From assembly GCA_965178125.1 (NCBI GenBank), contig OZ237758.1, forward strand, positions 924,959 through 944,958: a stretch of DNA of 20,000 nucleotides, read 5' to 3'. This document shows positions 9,801-19,164 of this stretch, piece after piece (positions within the stretch are counted from its first letter, which is position 1; every line of letters starts with the position of its first letter). Position numbers and translations under genes: made by a program. The notes beneath the pieces are model-generated. The model was not told the origin of the DNA, did not search any database, and was given only the letters and a program-made list of their open reading frames with translations. Origin of the DNA: Bilabrum cf. latius (taxonomy: Eukaryota).

Positions 9801-11942
9801 CCGCCTAACGTTCCCGCAGATGCTGCCGCCGCGTGCAAATCTGGCGGCACTGCGTGTCTGGATCTCGTTCTCTCAGCGCTGGTCAGGGCCACGCAGCAGG
9901 AATCGCGAGCCTCGAGGCGGGATGCAGAGACGCGGAGGAATGCGTGCACCTCCCTTGCGACTCTGGCAGAGGGCATTGGCTTGACCCAGGAGGCGGAGGG
10001 CCAGGGGTGCCTGTCGCAAGCACAGCTGACCGAGATCGTCAGAGCCCTCGTGGCTGCCTCGGCGGACTATGCAATGGACACCAGGGGTGATGTGGGGTCT
10101 TGGGTGAGAATCGCGGCTGCCCGCGCATTGGAGCGTGTCCTTCGACTCGCCCTGGCCGCCCGGCTCCGAATTGCAGCAGGCTGCATGCGCACGCGAGGCC
10201 GCGTGCTCTATGCGCCGCCACCTTCGCTGCTGGATGCTCTCGGGGTGGACGGGTCCGCCAGGGGCCGGTCTGCTGGCACCCTCCAGCTGCTTCGGGCAGG
10301 CCATTGGCCGAGCAAATCTGATCGGATCAGGCACCGAGAGTGGGGCATATGCGTCGTTGAGAAGCGCCTCGCAGACGGTGCCCAACTCGAGGTGTCCTTC
10401 CCGGCACCACCAGCGAGCGCCAGCGTGTCACCGGGAAGCCTGCACTTCCCGTACGGAAACGCAGTGGTTCGAGCCGACGATATCGTTGCGCTAGGAGATG
10501 ATCGTATCCCGGACGGGGGCGGGTCAAGCGCTGCCGCCGCATCGCTGGAAGATGAAGTGCGCCAGGAGCTTGAGGGTCCCCGGACTGAGCAGCTTCACGT
10601 GTCTGCCGTGCCCGCGATTCCCACCAGGCAGCTGCGTGCAACTATCGGTGCACTGCTCCGCCTCAGCAGCGAGCGGCTGGATAGCGTGCGGGATGCGGCG
10701 GCCACTGCGCTGACGCAGCTGCTGCACGACAGGGTGGTCGGAGCCGAGCTGGCGCAGTCGGGCCTCCAGCTCATCGCGCCCCTTTGCAAGCACGCAAAGC
10801 CTAGCTCCACCACGGCGGGAATGCTGCTTGCCGAGGCATGGCAGCAGCAGAGAGTCTTGGGGGGCGATGAGGCCGAGGATGGGGGCGCTGACCAACCCGC
10901 AAGCGGTGCTGGCAGCTCGCCGCCCCTTTCGGGCAAGGCCGTGGGAATCAACTACGGCGTGCCTGCGTCCTGTTTCTACGCGCTCGTTCCGCTGCTGGAG
11001 CTCCCATCCGTTGGGGCCGACCTTCTGGAGGGGCTGTGCATGAGCATGGGCGGCATGACTGAGAGCACCGCGAGGGCCAGCGAGGAGGCCGTGGTGGACT
11101 GGTGCGCAGGGCAACTTCGCACGCGGCCAAAGGCGGCTGGGGGCGGCGAAGCCCCGTCGCCTGCGCTGCTCAGAGTTGCGTACGGTATCTGCGCATTCCT
11201 CCGCGGCCGGTTGGATGCGTGCACCGGCAGCTCTGCTGCGGAGGCCCATGGGAGAGACCCTGCTGCTGCAGACGCTTCCAGCTCGGCTGCAGCTAGCGGA
11301 GGCAGCACGCCTGCATCTGGTGGGGAGGACCTGTCGACGTACAAGGTGAAGAAACGCATGGTTGTGCCGGTGCTTAGGACGGCCCATGCTCTGCTCTCTA
11401 GGGCGGCGCTTGATGCGGTCATGCGGGTGGAGCCCCATTGGACCCAGCAGCTGCTGCGGCTGGTCCGCTTCCGCTGCATGCGCTCCACGGAAGTGTCCCG
11501 TTTGCTCTCCGCCGCGGACGTTTTCCTGGACCTGTGGGCGAGCCCCGTGCCCGCCTGCAGAGGGGCCCTGCAGAGCGCCCTGGACCTGCTGGGGCACGAG
11601 TTCCCCAAGGTCAGGCGGGTGTGCGCCGAGCGGGCGTACAGCAAGACCCTCGAGCTGCAGGACCTCTTGGAGGCCGTGTCCAGGGCCGGGGGTGCCTCGA
11701 GCGACCTGGATGCGGCGCTGGCCCTGCTGAGCGAGACGGAGTGGGACGGGGAGGCGGGGGCTGCGATCCTGGCGCGGGATGCGCTGTATGCACACTTTGG
11801 GCTGGCCATGCCGACGCTTCGACTGGGCAAGCCCAAACCAGACGGCAGCAGGATGGGCTGGCCGAGCAGCTCGCAGACGGACACTGACGGGGGCGATGAT
11901 CATGCCACGTACCTGGCTCTGGTCCGAGAGGTGGGGTACTGA
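6837..11942 (+). CDS. TBCD: Tubulin-folding cofactor D; 2 exons (6837-6968, 7098-11942), about 1658 aa
   Basis: Motifs KYQEQPELLDPHLE, RGHKAVAKFMPHEIADLEP, LRKLLVKLA(Q)R...WRY, [96 protein letters not shown] and LLGHEFPKVR. Six in-frame TAGs (6903, 8118, 8190, 8247, 8358, 9753); ends TGA 11940-11942. Confidence 0.95.
6969..7097 (+). other. Spliceosomal intron (129 nt) in TBCD
   Basis: GTGAGC donor and CCGCAG acceptor. It contains in-frame TAA (6978) and TGA (7014); removing it gives ...DAVAKLGAT|FSKYQEQP, matching the TBCD N-terminus. Confidence 0.75.
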
Positions 11943-12313
11943 GCTGGGCCCCGGTGCATGGCGCTACCCGAGGTGCGTGTGCGGGCCGCAAGCGGGGACC
12001 GAGTCTGTACTGCCAGCGAATGTGCGGCATGGGCAAGGCGAGCCAAGTAAGAAACAAGCTGCAAGCCGCATCAAGCACTGTGCAAGCAAGCTGCAAGCTG
12101 ACTCACAAGGGATGCAGCATTGCACATACAACAACATGACAACATGCCTGGCCTTGCACCACTTGAGCAGACTCACGGTGCACACTCGGAGTCAAAAGGA
12201 GTTGAGCGCCAACATCAAGTTTCATAAGAGGTATTTGCCAAAATTGCACAACGACATGATAAATTGCTAGTAATAATACACTGCGCAACTTCTGGTTGAG
12301 CGCGAAGCTTCTG

Positions 12314-13896
12314 ATGCTGAAGCTTGCGTCCGTTGCACTGGCCTGCACGTTGTCCTGCCTGGCGCAAGCGCAAAATATTGTGAGAGCAAAGATTGATCGC
12401 AATGTTGCTCAAGCCTCTATCAACAGTGCGACTATGTTTTTCTCATAAAGCTTGGCAGTACCAACTCGCAGCGATTCGGCCAGCACGCAGATGCTCGACA
12501 GCGTGTGCTCGAAGTGAAAGCATCTAGTAAAGTGCAGCTCAAGCAATTCTGGTAGCAACACGTTTTTGGGTCTATTCCAGTTATTTTTCGTAACTTGAGT
12601 AGCGTATCAAGCTGGCCCGCTGCCTCCTTGTGGACAGATACGTATTTGAGCCAGGAGTTCGGAGACCTCACGATACTGGTGGAAGACAAGAAAGACTCCA
12701 GGCACATCGAGCCAAGATACATGGTACTTGATGAATTCCTGCATACTTACAACGCGTCCGATGTAGCGCTCGTTTCACAAACTCCAAACAAGATGCTGCG
12801 AGACATCGGCTTGTTCGAGTACCTGGACTGCGAACCGGGCCGCATGGCGATTTCAGAGAGTAACGTGTGGCTAAATAGTGGTAATTCGTCTAGTACTCTA
12901 CATGAAGACGATGATGACAACATAAATTGCCTACTAGCCGGAGAGAAGGAGTGGTACTTTCTCAGCGACGAAGCTGCCAACAGCTGTGCAGGCCAGCCAC
13001 AAGGAGATCCGCCGGCAGAAGGACGGGCTGGCGAGGACAAACTTGACATAATCGACCCACAGCTGGCAAGCACGTTCTCCGCCGCAGATATGGACTCACT
13101 ATCGGCCTCGCAAAACGCTGGCATCCTTGCCATGCCGTTCTCACGAAGCCTGCTGCGGGGCGGCGACTGCGTGTTCGTTCCAAGGCGGCAGCTGCACTTC
13201 GTGCGGTCCCATGGGCGTAGCCTTGCAGTTACCACACTATTTGACGGGGCGCTTGCACTCCATGCATCCAGGGCAGACTCGTGGCTGCGATCTGCGCTGT
13301 TCCCCTTGCAGGAGCACCCGGCGCTGCCCTCCTGCCTTGCCCCAATTGTGCCTGGGCCTGCCCAATAGGCCAAAGGGGGGCATTTGCGCGATGCTGCTAC
13401 GCTTGCTGATGTTCCAATCGCCCATGGATACAGCGGTTCAGACGGCGATTTGGTAACGATGGGCCTGCAGACAGTGTTGCGTACCAAGGCAATGCTGCTG
13501 GGCGTGGCCTGCGGCTGGAATCCCGATTTTCTAGCGAGAGAGCAGGCCGGTAACAGCTCTCTGCCATCGCAATGTCCTGTAGATGCAGCCCTGACGGAAG
13601 CAACACTGTCCTCTACCGTGGCCGAGGTCGCGCGGGCGCACTCATTCGGGCGGCGTTTGGACGCACGCAGGCTCAGCGTTGCGCAGGCGCTCTCGTGGCA
13701 GGCTGTGCTTGCATGTGCTCAAGCAGAAGAAGTCGAGAGAGTTTCCTCGGTGCAGGTGAGCGCTCGAGCGAGTCTTCCCCCCTCCATCAGTGCCCACTCG
13801 TTGGCAAGTGCGGCCCCAGACTGTCTCTCTGGGTTCGGGGCGGAACTCGAACGGTGCCTTTCCGACTCGTGCTATGCCAATGAAGCCCATGCGTAA
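12314..13896 (+). CDS. JmjC/Cupin_8 2-oxoglutarate-Fe(II) oxygenase with a probable signal peptide; exon 1 12314-12379, exon 2 about 12451-13896, about 503 aa
   Basis: FW(Q)QHVFGSIPVIFRN...WPAASLWTDTYLSQEFGD, VWLNSGNSSSTLHEDDDDNINCLLAGEKEW (HxD) and GDCVFVPRRQLHFVRS (distal His). TAGs at 12553 and 13366; ends TAA 13894-13896. Exon 1 MLKLASVALACTLSCLAQAQNI is followed by GTGAGA. The acceptor is uncertain (12426, 12450 and 12471 are all in phase). Confidence 0.8.
12380..12450 (+). other. Probable spliceosomal intron in the JmjC gene (3' boundary uncertain)
   Basis: GTGAGA donor directly after the signal-peptide exon; TTTTTCTCATAAAG is a candidate acceptor. An intron is needed to join the two frames and skip TGA 12394 and TAA 12446. 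Confidence 0.55.
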
Positions 13897-14152
13897 ATGA
13901 CACCTCTTGTGATATTGCAAGTCGTACGTTGCTTGCTTGCGCACGCGGTTTTGGGGGCGTAAACTGTGAGGTGTCCTGGAACAGTGAAGCCGTGCCTGTC
14001 CCGAGTGCCATCGCCGATTGTGATCCGGATGTACTTAACAAGCTTGGAACATGCTTGCACCACTTAGCCTAGTTACTCAACACAAAAATTATGTACTGTT
14101 GGCTAAACTCCCTGTGCACGAGCCGATGCCAGGAACACCGTGCGAATTATCG

Positions 14153-15433
14153 TCACTCTCTTCCTGACGTAACGAAAGGGGCAGTGACGTCAGGTAAAAC
14201 GGCCAGTACAACGCACGTTGAGTCGTCCAGCTTACCCCCTTCATACAGATAACCCTATTTGGCAGCCGCAGTCTGGAAAGGCGACTCGCCCGTTTCTCTG
14301 GCACCTCTGGCCTGCGACCGCACCGCCACGCCGGCAGCTAGCGACCTGCACGTCGTTCTGACTGCCTCCTCCAGCTCGACTGCCTCCCTCCCGGCTTGTC
14401 GCGCTGCTTCGGCCAGGCTGCTTCCCTCCTTAATCGCCTTCCTGACCCTTATAGACCGCTGCAGCTCGTGCTCTGCCAGAGCCGCGATGCTGCCAGCATC
14501 GAGTCCCCGCGCCAGGTCCAGCACGTCTCTCTCGAACAGGTTGTCCCACACACCATCTGTTGCGAGCACTAGCACATCTCCAGGGCGCACTGGCATGTCC
14601 ACAACGCTCCCATCGCTGGGCGGGTCGTGGATGGGGGCAGACAAGGGGTTCAGGTCGGCCCCCTGCACTGCCTCTGCGCAGCCCATCTAGTAGGGGCAGT
14701 TGAAGTAGTGCGTCTGCTCCTTCGTCTCGGCAGCGACTCCCCATGCCCGCATGGCAGCGGCCTTGCTAGTGGCCGGGTCCGCGCCCACCCGGAGGAGCTT
14801 CGCCCCCGAGTCTCCCAAGTTGAACAGCTGCACAGCTCCCACTCGGGCGGTGGCTATGCACAGCGTGCTGCTACCGAGCGACTTTGACATGTGATGAGCC
14901 TCCTCAGCGAGATTGAGAGCATCGAAGGGGGCGTCGGGCGCGGGCAAGGCCTTCAAACTAGAGATGTCGAGCGATCCGAGCCTCTGCCTGTCGCTACCCG
15001 GCTCACTGTCTGGCGCTGTGTATCCGTCCTTCGAGGGGCACTCTAGCGGCTCTGGAGCGGGAGCGCAAGACCTCCATGCAGCTGACTCACAAAGCTACCT
15101 TGCATAAACACCGGCATCGACACCTTGGTCGGCCCAGCCTCCGACCCCATCAGCAACGCCAGCCGCCCATCTATTCACAAACATGGCATCTTCTCCTTGC
15201 CTTCCTTCTTGAAGCTTGCGGGGATCATACAAGACGGTTGACCCACCAACAAATCTAACTAGAGTTGCCTGTTGCGCTTCGGCGCCTCCACTTTGGGAAG
15301 CAGCTTCACTTGCCATCGAGCGAGCAGTGCGATTGAAACTCAACGATGCCAGGGCGCCCACGGCGCCAGCCCCTCTGCCCACACCGGCTAAAGTCCTTAA
15401 AATGATCTATCTACTGGAGCGGACTGCCGCCAT
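14153..15433 (-). CDS. PPTC7: PP2C-family protein phosphatase PTC7 homolog with a probable mitochondrial targeting peptide, 426 aa
   Basis: ATG 15433 gives MAAVRSSR(Q)IILRTLAG...RTARSMAS. Motifs GEDAMFV, GVADGVGGWADQGVD, GSSTLC, NLGDSG, QTHYFNCPY(Q)MG, DVLVLATDGVWDNLF and SPF...(Q)GYLYEGGKLDDSTCVV. TAGs at 15407, 15095, 14687 and 14255; ends TGA 14155-14153. Confidence 0.92.
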
Positions 15434-15598
15434 TCGAATGAAATCACGAATAATAGGACTTGTTTGCCTTCTTGGGCGCTCCACGGTGGAGCCCGAACGT
15501 TCAACGCCGTTCGGCGAGATTCGTTCGTTACGGGCACTCCGCTGGTCTTGCATAGAAACCGTTTCGATGCGCAATACTTGCTGAATTTGAATTGATAA

Positions 15599-17749
15599 AT
15601 GCAGCCTAGACTGTTGATTCGAAGTTCAGAGTAGTCTGGCTAGTCTGGCAATGCTGCGCAGCCCGGGCGAATGAAAAATAATCGAATAATCTCAGCAGGA
15701 GCATCTGAGAAGCGTGAAGGGGGGCCCCGGCGCGAGTGCTGTAGCGCATGCTGTACGTGTGGTGATAGAAATGCTTGCCCATGCTGGCATTCTGCCGGTA
15801 GTATCGACGAAAGAGAGCAAGACTCTCATGGAATCTAGCACTCCAACCCTGGCGGTTTGAACTGTGGGCGATTAATTATGGGGTGCACATTTCTGCTTTG
15901 CCTGATTGGTAGCTGCCTATTTGTGTGGGAATTGGTTCGTAGGGCGCACACGAAGGACGAGGGAATCAGAAGTGGTGCCTTGGTTCTGGCGTTCGTGTTT
16001 GTGCTTTGCACAATCCCGGTTAGCGCTGTAGATATAGTGGAACATCTTATGCATTACAGAAAGCCGAACTTGTAGCGGTACATCGTCCGAATCTTGGCCC
16101 TCGTCCCCTTGTACACGATCGAGAGTTTCCTGTCGCTGCTGCTGCCACCAGAGAATGCCCTTTACGTCGAGACAGTGCGGGATGCGTACGAGGCTTACGT
16201 CATATACTCGTTCCTGTACTTCCTGCTTGAAGCGTGTGGGAGCGAAGTACGGCTGTGCAACCGACTACGAGAAAAGCCGGCCGCGTACGCGAGGCACCAT
16301 GCCCCGCTTCACATGTGCCTTCGGCCGTGGCGGCTCGGGAGCGAGTACGTGGCGAGGTGCAAGCAGGGCGTGCTGCAGTACGTGCTGCTCAAAATCGTGT
16401 GCACAGTAGCAATCGTGATCATGCACCACTACGACGTGTACGACGAGGGCTCCTTCTCCCCGTCCAAGGGGTACGTCTGGGTGTCTCTCGTGGGCAACAT
16501 CAGCCAGCTGTGGGCCATCTACGCGCTGGTCATGTTCTACCAGGCGGCTAGGGAGGAACTAGCACATTTGCGACCCCTTGGCAAATTCTTGGTCGTGAAG
16601 GCAGTTGTTTTTTTCTCGTGGTGGCAGTCGATCGTGATCGCTGCTCTGGTTCACGCGGGAGTCATCGGGAACGGGAAGATCGCCGGGCTGCGCGCCGAGG
16701 TCGCTGCACGAGGGCTGCAGAACATCCTCATCTGCGTGGAGATGCTCCTGGCAGCACTGGCCCACCGCTATGCATTCTCCTACAAGGACTTCCAGCAGCG
16801 GATCGAGGGGCCCAACGCATTCGGGATCGGGGCCCTTGCCACGGCGCAGGCCAGCAGGGGGCACCGGAAGAGCCTCAGCGATGACACTGGCGATGACTCG
16901 GAGCACCGCATGCTGCTTCGTTCTGACCCCAGCAAGTCACCAGCGGGTCAGTCTGGCGACGGTCAGCATGAGGGGCCACGACCAGGAGGAGCGAGGCAGG
17001 GCAGCCAGCCTGGTGTGGCTCACGGGATGCTTTCTTCACAGCACGGTCGAGACCAAGCAGTATAGGGCGCAGGATCGGCATCAGAACGTGCACATAACTC
17101 CGAGTCCCCCCAGCCATTGCCCCAGCAGGAGGGAGGCAGGGGAATCGTGCACGCTTTGCTCGAGTCTAGCCTGCCAGTCGACCTGGTTTAGGCCCTCCGG
17201 CGAGACATGCTTCCATCTGCTTCCAGGCAGGTCCCTCGTGCCACTGCACAGGGTGCTGCTGCTGCCTGTGGTGGCACCTCGGGCAGCAGTGACGTGCCCA
17301 ACCCGCGAGGTGCGCGGTCCAGCAACCAGACCACCCCACGCACCAAGGGCCACGGGGGTCGTGTCCTCGTTCAGCTGAGGCCAGGCATGTCGGCTAGGCC
17401 AGCACTGCTGCGATCTCGGGTTGCCCCGCCATCCCACTCCAAGAGAGCGAGCGGTTCGCAGTCAAGACAGGGCAGCATCCCGCCCAGCGATCCACGGGGG
17501 TACTGGGCGAGCGAAGAGAGGCACGGTGTGACAGCGGAGACTAAGGAACATCGAGGTGATGCGGCATATAGTCAAAGCAGGGGGCGGCGGATCGGTACAG
17601 GGACTGAGTCATCTGGCGATGGTGGTGCAAGCCAGTCGGTTGGTCGGTCTGGTGCAAGACTGCAGGGCCATCGACGCCAGAGTACTCGATCTCCGTCAGC
17701 TTCGGAAGAGGAACGGCTCATCTCGAGCTGGTTGGAGGATGGACCATGA
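15599..17749 (+). CDS. TMEM184: TMEM184/OST-alpha family transmembrane protein (TMEM184C-like) with a long low-complexity C-terminal tail; start uncertain (ATG 15599, 15671 or 15878)
   Basis: EHLMHYRKPNL(Q)RYIVRILALVPLY, ETVRDAYEAYVIYSF, CKQGVLQY, SQLWAIYALVMFY, PLGKFLVVKAVVFFSWWQ and LQNILICVEMLLAALAHRYAFSYKDF. TAGs at 15836, 16073, 17063 and 17189 (plus 15632 and 15641 with the earliest start); ends TGA 17747-17749. Confidence 0.9.
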
Positions 17750-17948
17750 CATGGCTGACACTGCAACATACTGTGGTTGACCAGCTTAGCCAATTGCTAC
17801 TTTGTATTTTGCAGTGATCCAACCTCAGCAACATCCAGGGATCCATACTGCAGAAGGCTACGTAGCGGCGCATTGCATTGTTGCTAGATTTAACTTCACA
17901 AGTTCTGCAATTCTGATCCCAATCCGGATGCGTAAACGACACCGACAC

Positions 17949-18741
17949 ACTGTACCACGCCCACACCCGCCCATCCACAGCACCCGCACTCCATCTACGC
18001 ACTGCACCACGCCCACACCCGCCCATCCACAGCACCCGCACTCCATCTACGCACTGTACCCCCCCGTACCACGCCCACACCCGCCCATCCACAGCACCCG
18101 CACTCCATCTACGCACTGTACCACGCCCACACCCGCCCATCCACAGCACCCGCACTCCATCTACGCACTGCACCACGCCCACACCCGCCCATCCCCGCAC
18201 TCCATCTACGCACTGTACCACGCCCACACCCGCCCATCCACAGCACCCGCACTCCATCTACGCACTGTACCACGCCCACACCCGCCCATCCACAGCACCC
18301 GCACTCCATCTACGCACTGCACCACGCCCACACCCGCCCATCCCCGCACTCCATCTACGCACTGTACCGCGCCCACACCCGCCCATCCACAGCACCCGCA
18401 CTCCATCTACGCACTGTACCACGCCCACACCCGCCCATCCACAGCACCCGCACTCCATCTACGCACTGCACCACGCCCACACCCGCCCATCCACAGCACC
18501 CGCACTCCATCTACGCACTGTACCACGCCCACACCCGCCCATCCACAGCACCCGCACTCCATCTACGCACTGTACCACGCCCACACCCGCCCATCCACAG
18601 CACCCGCACTCCATCCACGCACTGCACCACGCCCACACCCGCCCATCCACAGCACCCGCACTCCATCCACGCACTGCACCACGCCCACATCCGCCCATCC
18701 ACAGCACCCGCACTCCATCTACGCACTGTACCACGCCCACA
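17949..18741. repeat. Subtelomeric 52-bp minisatellite, 15 full units plus one partial
   Basis: Consensus ACTG(T/C)ACCACGCCCACACCCGCCCATCCACAGCACCCGCACTCCATCTACGC. Units start at 17949, 18001, 18053 (+10 bp), 18115, 18167 (45 bp), 18212, 18264, 18316 (45 bp), 18361...18673, with a partial unit at 18725. Confidence 0.97.
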
Positions 18742-18743
<2 letters not shown>

Positions 18744-18772
<29 letters not shown>

Positions 18773-18870
18773 GGTTAGGGTTAGGGTTAGGGTTAGGGTT
18801 AGGGTTAGGGTTAGGGTTAGGGTTAGGGTTAGGGTTAGGGTTAGGGTTAGGGTTAGGGTTAGGGTTAGGG
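18744..18870 (+). repeat. Internal telomeric tract (TTAGGG)x21
   Basis: Direct reading; includes one TTTAGGG variant at 18750. Confidence 0.97.
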
Positions 18871-18930
18871 TATCTAATATAAAGTCAGGGACAGGGTCGG
18901 GGAAAAAATATTTTCATCTTCAATATTTGT

Positions 18931-19164
18931 CGAAAAACGACGTGCTACGATCTCGGCAACTACAGGTGATATGAAGACCGTTCAAACTGCATCGGGACGG
19001 CCTGGGGGCACAACATGGGCCAAATGTTCCCCAGGTTCCGTTCTGGCCGCGCGGCGCCGATATGGGTGTATGAAGAATTTCACACCGAAAAACGACGTGC
19101 TACGATCTCGGCAACTACAGGTGATATGAAGACCGTTCAAACTGCATCGGGACGGCCTGGGGGC
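18931..19164 (+). repeat. Perfect 79-bp direct repeat (18931-19009 and 19086-19164) inside the inter-telomeric spacer
   Basis: CGAAAAACGACGTGCTACGATCTCGGCAACTACAGGTGATATGAAGACCGTTCAAACTGCATCGGGACGGCCTGGGGGC occurs twice, 155 bp apart. Confidence 0.95.

Noticed and set aside
2893-11903. Long antisense or alternate-frame ORFs (e.g. 2893-3810, 7196-8038, 7671-8645, 10524-11903, 10976-11884)
   Set aside because: They are shadows of real genes in GC-rich coding DNA and show no recognisable motifs.
8118-16075. TAG as Trp (A-to-I editing), pyrrolysine, Leu or Glu
   Set aside because: Diagnostic positions (8247, 14687, 16073) correspond to conserved Gln, and TAG alternates with CAG in repeats. Pyrrolysine is not known in eukaryotes. 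U-to-C editing cannot be formally excluded without RNA data but would need dozens of sites in unrelated contexts.
3-17749. Cluster of subtelomeric pseudogenes with premature stops
   Set aside because: All 35+ interruptions are TAG, with no internal TAA/TGA or frameshifts, and catalytic motifs are intact. Random decay or C-to-T hypermutation would also create CAA>TAA and CGA>TGA.
17949-18741. CRISPR array
   Set aside because: Units are head-to-tail with no unique spacers, the context is eukaryotic, and there are no cas genes.
17802-18974. 390-aa ORF (His/Pro/Thr repeats, RVRVRV tail) and the antisense MECGCCGW ORFs
   Set aside because: These are translation artefacts of the 52-bp satellite and the TTAGGG tract.
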